64,000 nucleotides of DNA. It comes from Acidobacteriota bacterium (GTDB taxonomy: Bacteria > Acidobacteriota > UBA890 > WLXD01). A program made the translations under genes and the position numbers. Below are positions 37,977 to 47,587 of this stretch, in pieces. The notes beneath the pieces are model-generated. The model did not search any database. It saw only the letters and a list, made by a program, of their open reading frames with translations, and had not been told where the DNA came from. Positions within the stretch are counted from its first letter, which is position 1. The number at the start of each line of letters is the position of its first letter. The stretch lies in the NCBI GenBank assembly GCA_963666215.2, contig CAXWPL010000002.1:1-64000 (forward strand), read 5' to 3'.

Positions 37977-38687
37977 TCAGCGGAGCGGCATCTCGATTCG
38001 ACGAATGCGGGTGGGGGCGAGCAGCATGCCGTCGCTGGAGTTGTCGGCGATCTCGTTGACGTACAGGTAGCGGCCGTCTGGACTGAAGCCGAGATCGTTA
38101 GGATAGTTCAGCGTTGACTCGAGCGCGTCGCCGTCGCGGCCTCCCTGTTCGCCCGATCCGACCAGCAGGGTTGCATCGCCTGTCAACGTGACGGCATAGA
38201 TCTGATGCGCTCCCCGGGCGACGACGTAGAGCATGCCGTCGCGCTACACGAGGTGACCGTTGTTGTTGCCGGGCAGCGTCACCAAGCGGCTGGCCTCGGC
38301 TTCGGGCGTGACTCTGACGACGTCGCCGTTGTTGAAGTTGGCCACATAGAGGTTGCCGTCGTTGTCGATCTCGCTACCCGAGGCGCCCTCGAAGCCATCG
38401 GCGAAGACGCTCGTGGCGCCGTCGGGGGTGATGCGGAACACGCGTGTGCCCGCGGTCCCGCCACTGCCGAGCTTCGACCCGAAATCGGAGGAGTAGATGT
38501 TGCCGTCGGCGTCGATGGACATGCCGCCCGAGCCGCCGTCGACTTCGGCGAGCGTGTTGACCACGACGCCGTTCGACGTCTGGGGTACCTCCACCGGGCT
38601 CGGCGGCGGGCTACCGGGGCCGCAGGTCGCCACGACCATCGACGTGACGCACGTGGCGGTGCGGAAGAGGCGCGAACGAGCGGACAT
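37977..38687 (-). pseudogene. SMP-30/NHL beta-propeller protein with in-frame TAG at 38244-38246
   Basis: DADGNIY, DNDGNLYVAN, YPNDLGFSPDGRYLYV; both listed ORFs share a frame across the TAG (GHLV*RDGMLYV); too few blades for a full propeller. Confidence 0.7.
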
Positions 38688-38859
38688 GGCAATCGGTTCC
38701 GGGGAAGGATGCGGTCGCGCGAACGTCGCGGATCATAACAGTGAGAAGCTGGTTGGCTCGTGTCTCCGGTCTCTTCGCATCGCGACCGCGAAGTGTTCGT
38801 CAGAGCTTTGTTGCCCGAGGTTTTCGTCGGGCGCGGCGGCGTGCAACACTCGCCCGACC

Positions 38860-39162
38860 ATGGATACGGCAACTGGGCTCAACGTTCGTGCGTTCGCGAT
38901 CACCTCCGGCTTGTTCTTCAGCGGCACGGTGCTGTGCGTGAGCCTTCTCAGCGGCATCGCCCTGGGCTATGGCGACGCGGTGCTGGAGCTCTTTTCGTCG
39001 TTGTATCCGTTCTACGACGCTGACGGCAGCGTGCCCGATATCCTCATCGGGGCGGTATTGGCGCTGCTGGATGGCGTCGTCGGTGGGGCGATCTTCGCCT
39101 GGTTGTACAACCGCCTCGTCGCGGCTGTCGCACCGGTCGCCCCCGGGGGCGGCAAGGGTTGA
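38860..39162 (+). CDS. Small membrane protein
   Basis: LNVRAFAI, SLYPFY, DG..GG.IFAWLYN; hydrophobic. Confidence 0.65.
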   Translation: MDTATGLNVRAFAITSGLFFSGTVLCVSLLSGIALGYGDAVLELFSSLYPFYDADGSVPDILIGAVLALLDGVVGGAIFAWLYNRLVAAVAPVAPGGGKG

Positions 39163-39692
39163 GGGTCGGCACCGCGGGCTCGATCGCGTTGGTGGCCGCG
39201 GATGGCGATGAGGACCGCAACGGTCGCCGCAACTTCGACGAGATCAAGCTGTGGACCGAGTATCTCGACCGGGTGGGCGGCGACCCGGCCCTGTACGACG
39301 ACAACGGTCGGCTTGGAGGCTACGACTCCGATGAGCCGTTCATTATTGTGGGCGACCTCAACGCGCGCCCCGGCGCGGAGGAGCCGGCTTTCGACGGCAT
39401 CTCGGCTGTTGATCAGCTGCTCTCCCACCCGCGCCTGCAGGATACGGGCGGCTTCGCGACGAGCGGCGGTGGGCTCCTCGGCCGCGGGGCGGGGCCGCCG
39501 GAGTACGCCGAACGATCGACGGCAGCGTTCCTCGGCGGCGCCCGAGTCGACTATGTGCTGCCGAGCACCGGCCTGCGGGTCATCGGTGGCGGTGTGTACT
39601 GGCCAGATTCGCAAGACGATCCCGCCGGTGCCGAGCGGGCCTCGGATCACCATCTTGTGTGGATGCAGCTGGAGATCGATGGAGGTGGGTAG
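39159..39692 (+). pseudogene. Endonuclease/exonuclease/phosphatase-family gene with large internal deletion
   Basis: A short hydrophobic leader is fused to DGDEDRNGRRNFDEI, GDLNA, RVDYVLPS, ASDH; the N-terminal half of the EEP fold is missing. Confidence 0.65.
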
Positions 39693-39765
39693 AAAGAGCC
39701 CGGCCGTTAACTCGAAAGAGCCTTTCAAGAGACCGGCCTCCTTCAACCGCAGAATGGAGCTCGCG

Positions 39766-40893
39766 ATGAACCGAAGAGACTTCGTGCGTGGCGCGGTTGC
39801 CACCGGCACCGTCAGCGCGGCGGCTGGCGTCGCACCAGCCGGCGCACTCGCAGGGGAGGGCGCCGGCGTTGCCCCTCAGGGCAGCTCGCGCCTGATCGTC
39901 GACGGGCTCGACACCTCGGTGCTCAACGAGGAGTTCCTTGGCATGCTGCAGCAGGCCGAGGTCGACTGCGTTCACTTCAGCGTCGGCGGCCTGCTGAGCT
40001 ACGGTGCTCGGCTCGAGTTCTTCGACCGCCACGCCGACGCCATCGGGCTGGCGCGCACGGTGGGCGAGATCCGCCAGATGAAGCGCGACGGCCGCATCGC
40101 GGTGATCTTCGGGGCGCAGTCGGCCAACTGGCTGGATCCACTGTTCGACAAGAGCGCGACCGGCACTGTGGCGCCGTTTGCGGCGGTGCGGGCGGCCTAC
40201 GAGACCGGATTGAGGGTCTGCGGTGTGTGCTACCAGGCCACCAACATCTTTGGCGGCGGCGCCACCGATCCGCATGTGCCGCTCACACGCACCGGGCGCA
40301 TGCTGGTGGAGAAGATCCACGAAACGGGCATCGTGCTCGACGTCGGTGGTCACACCGGCGAGCAGACGAGCCTCGACGCCATCGAGATGTCGCAGGGTGT
40401 GCCGGTGGTCTGCAGCCATACGAATGTGGCCGCGCTCAACGCCAACATCCGTGCTATCTCCGACGAGGTCATCGAGGCCATCGCCGCGACCGGCGGCGTG
40501 ATGGGCCTCACCGCGATCAGTGACTTCCAGATGCGCAATGCCTCCAACTACCGCGAGCACGGCCCCGTGAGCCCGCAGGCTACCCTCGACATCCATATGG
40601 ATCAGTACGAGTATGTTCGTGACCTGGTGGGGATCGATCACGTCGGGCTCGGTCCCGACTTCGTGTGGGGTTGGGGCGACACCTTCGTGCTCAACCCGGA
40701 GCAATCCATCACCTTCCCGCCCGAGGCACTGAGCGTGGCGCCGCCGGTGCTCACGGTGAAGGGCTTCGAGGACATCTCCGGGCTTCCCAACCTCATCGCC
40801 GGCCTGCGCGGGCGTGGCTGGTCGGAAACCGATCTCGACAAGCTGCTCGGCGCCAACTGGCTGCGGGTGTGGGAACAGGTCTGGGGCGGCTGA
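39766..40893 (+). CDS. Membrane dipeptidase (M19) family, Tat-exported
   Basis: MNRRDFVR twin-arginine signal; CSHTN, GIDHVGLGPDF, LGANWLRV. Confidence 0.85.
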   Translation: MNRRDFVRGAVATGTVSAAAGVAPAGALAGEGAGVAPQGSSRLIVDGLDTSVLNEEFLGMLQQAEVDCVHFSVGGLLSYGARLEFFDRHADAIGLARTVGEIRQMKRDGRIAVIFGAQSANWLDPLFDKSATGTVAPFAAVRAAYETGLRVCGVCYQATNIFGGGATDPHVPLTRTGRMLVEKIHETGIVLDVGGHTGEQTSLDAIEMSQGVPVVCSHTNVAALNANIRAISDEVIEAIAATGGVMGLTAISDFQMRNASNYREHGPVSPQATLDIHMDQYEYVRDLVGIDHVGLGPDFVWGWGDTFVLNPEQSITFPPEALSVAPPVLTVKGFEDISGLPNLIAGLRGRGWSETDLDKLLGANWLRVWEQVWGG

Positions 40894-40898
40894 TCGAG

Positions 40899-42074
40899 AT
40901 GTCGAAGAACACGCGTCGCACACGTGGCCGCCGTCTTCGCCGCCGCTGGGAGGAGCTGCTCATCCAAACCCAGAAGGCGAGCGGCACGGCGATGGGATGG
41001 GCGGGTTCGGCCATGAGTCCCGACAGCATCGCGGCGCGGGTCGTTCGCGATTTACAGGAGGCCGACCTCGGCCGCAACGTCTGGCGCGACCTCGAGGACT
41101 CGTACGGTTTCTTCCTCGACGACGAAGAACGCGAGCAGCTCGCCGAGATGGGCGATCTCGAGCGCCATCTCGTTACGGTGATCTGGGTGCTCAAGCGGCT
41201 GGTCATGAGCCTGGCGCCGTCGCGCCGCTGGATCGTCCTGAGCTCGTTCGCCGGCTTTGTCTACGGCCTGGCGACCCTGCGCTGGGAGATGCTGGCGATC
41301 GCGTTCCTCGCATTGCTGTTTCTCTTCATGTTCGAGCTGCGCGACAAGCTACTGGCGCGGGACGAGCTCGAGGTCGGTCGTGCCGTGCAGTTGGCGCTGC
41401 TGCCGTCGGCCAACCCGGAGCTTGCGGGGTGGGATATTTGGCTCTACAGCCGCCCGGCCAACGACGTCGGCGGTGATCTGCTGGACTACATCGAGCGTCG
41501 CGATGGCCGCTTGGGCCTGGCGCTCGGCGATGTCGCCGGCAAGGGACTCGGCGCGGCGCTGCTCATGTCGAAGCTGCAGTCCACGCTGCGCGCCTATGCC
41601 TACGACACCGAATCACTCGTCGACCTCGGTAGCCGCACCAATCGCGTCTTCTGCCGCGATGGATTGTCGAACCGGTTCGCCACGATGGTCTTCGTGACGC
41701 TCGGCTCGAACGAGAGTCGGGTACGGGTGCTCAACGCCGGCCACCCGCCGCCGTTGTTGCTTTCAGGAGGAGCGGTGACCACTCTGCCGCCGGTGGCGCT
41801 GCCACTGGGCGTCATGCCCGACGCCAAGTTCCAGGAGCAAGCGCTCGAAACGAAGCCCGGCGACGTGGTGTTGATCTACTCGGACGGCCTTTCCGAGGCG
41901 ACCAACGCCGACGACGAGATGCTTGGCGACGACCAGGTGGTCGAACACCTCAGGCAGATCGGCAGCTTGTCGGCAACCGACGTCGGCGAGCGCATGCTCG
42001 AGGTTGTTCGCGACTTTGTTGGTGAGGCACGCGTCCACGACGATCTGTCGATTGCGGTGCTACGGCGGCGTTAG
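40899..42074 (+). CDS. PP2C/SpoIIE-type phosphatase with transmembrane segments
   Basis: VGGDLLD, GDVAGKG, NAGHPPP, YSDGLSE, HDDLSI. Confidence 0.9.
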   Translation: MSKNTRRTRGRRLRRRWEELLIQTQKASGTAMGWAGSAMSPDSIAARVVRDLQEADLGRNVWRDLEDSYGFFLDDEEREQLAEMGDLERHLVTVIWVLKRLVMSLAPSRRWIVLSSFAGFVYGLATLRWEMLAIAFLALLFLFMFELRDKLLARDELEVGRAVQLALLPSANPELAGWDIWLYSRPANDVGGDLLDYIERRDGRLGLALGDVAGKGLGAALLMSKLQSTLRAYAYDTESLVDLGSRTNRVFCRDGLSNRFATMVFVTLGSNESRVRVLNAGHPPPLLLSGGAVTTLPPVALPLGVMPDAKFQEQALETKPGDVVLIYSDGLSEATNADDEMLGDDQVVEHLRQIGSLSATDVGERMLEVVRDFVGEARVHDDLSIAVLRRR

Positions 42075-42119
42075 GGCGGATCCGATTCGACCGGTTCGAC
42101 CGCGCTGCGAGAACGGTAG

Positions 42120-43124
42120 CTAGACGTCTCCGGTTTCGAGCTCCATCGACACGTCGAGCACGGGCGCGCTGTGGGTGATCCAGCCAGTCGAGATCAGGTC
42201 GACACCGGCGGCGGCGATCTCGACGATGTTGTGTGGGCCGATGCCGCCCGAAGCCTCGAGGATCAGATCTGGTCGCGACTCGCGTGCCAGGTCAACGGAT
42301 CGACGGAGCATCGCCGGCGCCATGTTGTCGAGCAGCACGGCATCGGCACGCGTCTCGCGATCGTCGGCGAGCTCGAGCACGCGGCGTAGCTGCTCGACGG
42401 TCTCGACTTCGATCTCGATCTTGGCCATGTGGCCGCAGTTGCGGCGGGCGCGGCGAAGGGCGTTGGCAATTGCCGCCATCGCCGCAATCGAGTCCGGCGC
42501 GTCTCTCGAGACGGTCGCCGCCGGCGCGTCGATCAACCGCCTGGGGTCTTGTGAGGATCCGGTGCGGCTCGCGAGCGCGGCGAGATGGTTCTCCTTGATC
42601 AGAATCCCATCGTCGAGGCCGCTGCGGTGGTTGGCGCCGCCGCCGGCGCGCACCGCGTACTTCTCGAGCGCACGTAGCCCCGGCGTTGTCTTACGGGTGC
42701 AAACAACGCGCGCCGCGCTGCCGGTGATCGCGTGGCTAAGTTGCGCTGTGGCCGTTGCCACGCCGCTCAGATGCGCCAACAAGTTCAGTGCGGTGCGCTC
42801 CGCGGTGAGCAGAGAGCGCGCACGGCCCGTGATCTCGGCGAGTTGCTCGCCTGCGCGGACCTCGGCACCGTCGCTCGAGTGCAGGCGGATCGTGACATCG
42901 CTGTCCACCAGCGAGAAGGCCGCGCAGGCGATTTCCAGGCCCGCCACGCGGCCAACGGCGCGAGCCACGATCCGCGCAGTTCCACGTTGGTCCGTCGCGA
43001 TGAGCGCGTCGGTGGTGGTGTCGCCCGCGCGTCCCAGATCCTCGGCCAGTGCGCCGCGGACGATGGGTTCGTAGATCAGCCGCGAGAGGGGAGGAATCTG
43101 CTCCGCTCGCGTCCCTGGAGTCAT
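42120..43124 (-). CDS. nadC: Quinolinate phosphoribosyltransferase
   Basis: CTRKTTPGLR, NHRSGLDD, KENH, LLDNM, EASGG. Confidence 0.93.
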   Translation of the reverse strand: MTPGTRAEQIPPLSRLIYEPIVRGALAEDLGRAGDTTTDALIATDQRGTARIVARAVGRVAGLEIACAAFSLVDSDVTIRLHSSDGAEVRAGEQLAEITGRARSLLTAERTALNLLAHLSGVATATAQLSHAITGSAARVVCTRKTTPGLRALEKYAVRAGGGANHRSGLDDGILIKENHLAALASRTGSSQDPRRLIDAPAATVSRDAPDSIAAMAAIANALRRARRNCGHMAKIEIEVETVEQLRRVLELADDRETRADAVLLDNMAPAMLRRSVDLARESRPDLILEASGGIGPHNIVEIAAAGVDLISTGWITHSAPVLDVSMELETGDV

Positions 43125-44164
43125 GACGATGCGGTCGCGCCAACGGCGAGCATGCGCTCAACGGCGCGCCGTGCTCCGGCGGCGACCGCCGCTTCGACGA
43201 CGACCTCGTGTTTCATCTCGGCAAGCGAACGACGGATCTTCTCGAGCGTGATCTTCTTCATGTGCGGGCACAGATTGCATGGCCGAACGAACTCGACCTC
43301 CGGGAACTCGATGGCCACGTTGTCGCTCATCGAGCATTCGGTGATCAAGGCAACGCGCTGCGGCCGGTTCTCGTCGACCCAGGCGATCATGCCGCTGGTA
43401 GAGCCGACGAAGTCCGCCTCAGCCAAAACATCCGGCGGGCATTCCGGATGGGCGACGATGCTGATGCCGGTCCCGTTACCGTTGCCGCTCCTGCCGCCGT
43501 TGCCGCTTCCGCTAGCGGAGAAACGTTTTCGCCAGCCACGCATCTGCTCGCCCGTGAAGCGCTCGTGCACCATACAGGCGCCTTCCCAGGTGATGACCTC
43601 GACGTCGGTCTGCGACGCTACCCAATCGGCGAGGTATTTGTCGGGGATAAAGATGACGCGATCGGTGTTCAGCGAGTTGACAACCTGGAGCGCGTTCGAG
43701 GAGGTGCAACAGATGTCCGATTCCGCCTTCACCGCCGACGACGTGTTGACGTACGTCACCACCGGAACTCCGGGATGCGCGCGCTTGAGGCGCCGCACGT
43801 CCTCGGCAGTAATGCTTTCCGCCAGCGAGCAGCCCGCGTCGAGGTCGGGGATGAGGACGATCTTGTTGGGGTTGGCGATCTTGGCGGTCTCCGCCATGAA
43901 GTGGACGCCCGCCAGCACGATCACCTCCGCGTCGGTCTCGGCCGCCTGCCGCGCCAGCTGCAGCGAGTCGCCGGTGAGGTCCGAGACGCCGTAGAAGATG
44001 TCGGGTGTCATGTAGTTGTGTCCCAGGACGATCGCGTTGCGCTTTTCCTTGAGGTCGCGAATCTCTTCTATCAGAGGGGTCAGAAGGGCCCATTCCATCG
44101 GCGGAATCGCCGAGGGCGATCGTTCCGGCGGCGTGATGAGTGAGCTTTGGGTTGCTGTGGTCAA
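43121..44164 (-). CDS. nadA: Quinolinate synthase
   Basis: LGHNY, GVHFMAETAK, AGCSLA, CMVHE, HPEC, CPHMK; TTG start inferred from the RBS. Confidence 0.93.
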   Translation of the reverse strand: MTTATQSSLITPPERSPSAIPPMEWALLTPLIEEIRDLKEKRNAIVLGHNYMTPDIFYGVSDLTGDSLQLARQAAETDAEVIVLAGVHFMAETAKIANPNKIVLIPDLDAGCSLAESITAEDVRRLKRAHPGVPVVTYVNTSSAVKAESDICCTSSNALQVVNSLNTDRVIFIPDKYLADWVASQTDVEVITWEGACMVHERFTGEQMRGWRKRFSASGSGNGGRSGNGNGTGISIVAHPECPPDVLAEADFVGSTSGMIAWVDENRPQRVALITECSMSDNVAIEFPEVEFVRPCNLCPHMKKITLEKIRRSLAEMKHEVVVEAAVAAGARRAVERMLAVGATASS

Positions 44165-44243
44165 GATCGGCCTCGTCGGTTGGGGCTTTTGCCGAAGTCG
44201 GCAGCGCGTTCCAGGTTGAGTGGAGCTGTAGAGATCATAATAC

Positions 44244-44264
44244 TTATACTCATGATAAGTCTTA
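44244..44264. promoter_or_regulatory. Putative NadQ operator upstream of nadA
   Basis: TTATACTCA-TGA-TAAGTCTTA; one half-site matches the recalled ttATRCTCa-N3-tGAGYATaa consensus; AT-rich patch in a GC-rich context. Confidence 0.6.
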
Positions 44265-44388
44265 TAGATCGAACCCGAGACGCGGGTACCGCGTGGCCCG
44301 GCGGGAACGCGGCCCTTCGGCCTGATCGGCGCAGCAAGGAGTTCGCCCGGTCGGCGGAGCAACGAGCTGGCGATCCCCGCGCGTGGGC

Positions 44389-44469
44389 CCCTGCGCAGCT
44401 GCTAGGGCGGTTTTGGCGGCAAACCGACCCTGCGCAGCTGCTAGGGCTGTTTCGGCGGCAAACCGACCC
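44389..44469. repeat. 39-bp tandem duplication covering the nadQ stop codon
   Basis: CCCTGCGCAGCTGCTAGGGCKGTTTYGGCGGCAAACCGA twice, with 2 mismatches. Confidence 0.85.
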
Positions 44470-45427
44470 CCGGCCGTGGCCGCTCGAGAAGGACCTCACG
44501 CCGGAACCGGTAGAGCCTGGCAGGGCGGCCAACGACGCCGCGCTCGTACTCACCAGTTCCTTCAACAAGGCCGCCTTGCTCTACCAGGCGGCGGAAGTTC
44601 GCCTTGTGAAGACGCACGCCGTTGAGAGCTTCGACGATCCTTTGAAGCTGCAGCAGCGTGAAGGCATCGGGCAGCAACTCGAAGACCACAGGCCGGTAGG
44701 TCAGCTTGCCGCGAAGGCGCCCGAGTGCCGTGGCGAGGATGCGGCGGTGATCCAGCGCCATCCGGGCCTGGTGAGTGCTACCAGGCGCCGCGGCATCGGC
44801 GGTGCTGAACGCTGGCGAGGTCTCAGTGGGTGCGGCTTCCGCCGCTTCTTCGACTGTGCCCAGCTCATACAGCAGCTCGTAGCGCTCCAGCACGCGAACC
44901 GGATCCCACGTCGTCTGCGCGAGCCCAAACGTTATACGAGCACGCTCTCGCCGTGCGTATCGTGAGCTGGGGCTCGAAGCCGCTCCGCCGGTGCCCGCGG
45001 CGATCCACTCAGCGAGAGCGGACTCAGTATCGGGATTGGCAAGGGCGACCTGTGGCCCCGATTCTCGTCGATCCTCCCAGGGAAGAAATCGGTAGACATC
45101 ACGCCAGGCCGAGCCGGAGCCAGGGAGCTGCTCTCGCGTAAGCGCCAGGTAGGCGATCGACAACACCCGGGGGCCACCGTCGCGCTCGCCAGGGTGCCGG
45201 TTGCGGTCGCCGAACGTATACAGCTGCTCCACGTAGCCGATCCCGAGCCCCGTGTGCTCGGTGACCCAGCGTCGCAGGCAACGATCGAGCGTCAGGTCGT
45301 TGACGGTATCGAGCGTTCCCGTCGGCAGTGCGGCAGCTCCGCGATCGGCGGCGACCGTCAGTACGCGCGGTGTTTCCTCGCTGACCGCGAAGATGACGGC
45401 GTTGAGCTCGACTTCGATATCCAACAT
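44441..45427 (-). CDS. nadQ: NadQ (COG4111) Nudix-like NAD-responsive transcriptional regulator
   Basis: YVEQLYTFGDR, LPWEDRR, VLERYELLYE, DHRRILATALGRLRGKL.YRPVVFEL, HKANFRR. Confidence 0.8.
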   Translation of the reverse strand: MLDIEVELNAVIFAVSEETPRVLTVAADRGAAALPTGTLDTVNDLTLDRCLRRWVTEHTGLGIGYVEQLYTFGDRNRHPGERDGGPRVLSIAYLALTREQLPGSGSAWRDVYRFLPWEDRRESGPQVALANPDTESALAEWIAAGTGGAASSPSSRYARRERARITFGLAQTTWDPVRVLERYELLYELGTVEEAAEAAPTETSPAFSTADAAAPGSTHQARMALDHRRILATALGRLRGKLTYRPVVFELLPDAFTLLQLQRIVEALNGVRLHKANFRRLVEQGGLVEGTGEYERGVVGRPARLYRFRREVLLERPRPGVGLPPKQP

Positions 45428-45631
45428 GCCTCCCGAGTACCACGGCGAGGCCGTCAGCGCCATTCAGTCGACCAGAGCGAGGGCAGGGCGTAGACCCGCT
45501 GATTGGGCTCGAAGACCAGCTTCCGCCGCTGTGCTTCGGCTCCCAGCGCCGCCGCGCGAGTCATGGTCCCGAGCTCCCGGCTTGGCGGAGGGAATCGCTG
45601 CCCCTTTCCCTTCTTGTCGGACCCGAGCTCG

Positions 45632-47263
45632 TTACTCGGCGTCCATGTGCGGGTAGCGGTAGTCGGTTGGCGGCACGAAGTTCTCTTTGACGGTGCGCTG
45701 AGAGACCCAACGCACCAGATTCAGTAGCGAGCCGGCCTTGTCGTTGGTGCCCGAGGCGCGGGCGCCGCCGAACGGTTGCTGGCCCACGACGGCGCCGGTG
45801 GGCTTGTCGTTGATGTAGAAGTTGCCCGCCGAGTGGCGCAGAGCTTTTGACATCGCGACGATGGCCTGGCGGTCCTGCGCGAACACGGCGCCGGTGAGCG
45901 CGAATGGGCTCGTCGTGTCGCCGAGCTCGAGCGTCTCGGTGAGCGCGTTGTCGTCGTAAACGAACACCGTCAGCGCCGGGCCGAAGATTTCCTCCGACAT
46001 CAGCTTCGACTTCGGGTCGTCGCTGACGACAACGGTCGGCTCGATGAAGTAGCCGGTCGACTTGTCCACGCCACCGCCGGCGATGATCTCGTGGTCGGTG
46101 GCGTCGCGGGCGTAGTCGATGTAGCCGCTGTGGTCGTTGAAAGCGGCCTCGTCGATGACGGCACACATGAAATTGCGGAAGTCGGTGGGCGAGCCCATCG
46201 TCAGCGAGCTGACCTGGTCGACGAGGGCTTCCTTGATGCCGCTGTCCCAAAGGGACCTCGGCACATAGGCGCGCGATGCGGCCGAGCACTTCTGGCCCTG
46301 GTACTCGAAGGCACCACGCACGAGCGCCGTCACCACCGCCGTAGCGTCAGCCGAAGGATGCGCGAACACGAAGTCCTTACCGCCGGTCTCGCCGACGATG
46401 CGTGGGTAGCGACCGTAGTGGTCGAGGTTGTCGACGATCGTTCGCCACATGAACTGGAAGGTTGGCGTCGAGCCCGTGAAGTGCAGGCCGGCGAAGTCGC
46501 GGCTGGTGAACACGGGGTTGCCCACCGACGAGCCGCGACCGGGGGCGAAATTGATGACGCCGTCGGGCAGCCCGGCCTCTTGCAGCAACTTGAAGACGTA
46601 GTAGTTCGACAGCAGCGAGGTGGAGGACGGCTTCCAGAGAACGGTGTTGCCCATCAGCGCCGGCGAGGTCGGCAGGTTGCCACCGATCGACGTGAAGTTG
46701 AACGGCGTGACGGCGAAGACGAAACCCTCGAGGGGTCGGTACTCGACGTAGTCCCAGATCCCACGCGCCGAACCGGGCTGCTGCGTGTAGAGCTCCTGCA
46801 TGTAGTGGGGGTTGTAGCGCCAGAAGTCGATGAGCTCTCGGAATGCGTCGATCTCGGCCTGGATGGCGGTTTTCGACTGGCCCAGCATGGTCGATGCGTT
46901 GAGCGTGTCGCGCCACGGGCCGGCAAGCAGCTCGGCGGCCTTCAGAAAGATTGCAGTGCGGGCTTCCCAGGGCATTTCCGACCAGTCGTGCCATGCGTCG
47001 CTTGCTGCCTTGACGGCCTGTTGCACCTCGGCTTCGCCAACCTGATGGCAGACGCCGAGGTGGTGACCGTGATCGTGCGGGCAGACCACCGGAAGGGTGG
47101 TTCCGGTGCGAATCTCCTTGCCGCCAATGATGGCGGGGATATCGACCTGCTCGTCGAGTATCTCGTCGAGCCGCGACTTCAGACTGGCGCGCTCAGGGGA
47201 GCCCGGCGCGAAGTCTTGGAAGGGCTCATTGACCGGGTTTGGGATGCGAACGATTCCGTTCAC
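45632..47263 (-). CDS. pruA: 1-pyrroline-5-carboxylate dehydrogenase
   Basis: PFNFTSI, FTGST, ETGGKDF, FEYQGQKCSA, EEIFGP, QPFGGARASGTNDK. Confidence 0.92.
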   Translation of the reverse strand: MNGIVRIPNPVNEPFQDFAPGSPERASLKSRLDEILDEQVDIPAIIGGKEIRTGTTLPVVCPHDHGHHLGVCHQVGEAEVQQAVKAASDAWHDWSEMPWEARTAIFLKAAELLAGPWRDTLNASTMLGQSKTAIQAEIDAFRELIDFWRYNPHYMQELYTQQPGSARGIWDYVEYRPLEGFVFAVTPFNFTSIGGNLPTSPALMGNTVLWKPSSTSLLSNYYVFKLLQEAGLPDGVINFAPGRGSSVGNPVFTSRDFAGLHFTGSTPTFQFMWRTIVDNLDHYGRYPRIVGETGGKDFVFAHPSADATAVVTALVRGAFEYQGQKCSAASRAYVPRSLWDSGIKEALVDQVSSLTMGSPTDFRNFMCAVIDEAAFNDHSGYIDYARDATDHEIIAGGGVDKSTGYFIEPTVVVSDDPKSKLMSEEIFGPALTVFVYDDNALTETLELGDTTSPFALTGAVFAQDRQAIVAMSKALRHSAGNFYINDKPTGAVVGQQPFGGARASGTNDKAGSLLNLVRWVSQRTVKENFVPPTDYRYPHMDAE

Positions 47264-47587
47264 GATGCAACTCCTGGGACGGACGGGCGGCCAGCGCCGG
47301 TGGCTCGGCCGCGGACGGGACGGAAGCGGGATCCGACGCGCGAGGCCGGCGGGCACGCCTGGCGTCGCGACGTTGGAGGTCGATCGCCGCTCATGAGATC
47401 GACGCAACGCGGGCAAGAATAACAGGGCGCTGAGGGAGCGGTGGGTCCGGTCCTCGTAGGCGGAGTCGAGGCTCAGCGACGTCGGCGAACGAATGTTTCC
47501 TATGCACAACGGCCGGCTTGGTGGATCATGTTCGGGTGAGTCGCTCCGGCTCACCTTCCACTCTTGCCCCGCAAACGTCGAGTCACG

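Noticed and set aside
38244-38246. Pyrrolysine or amber readthrough
   Set aside because: No pyl genes in view, TAG is used as a normal stop nearby, and the gene also appears internally deleted.
38860-39162. Phage holin or lysis cassette
   Set aside because: Similar proteins are sometimes labelled holins, but there is no endolysin or phage context here.
44389-44469. CRISPR array
   Set aside because: Two adjacent copies with no spacer and no cas genes; no CRISPR array was seen anywhere in the window.
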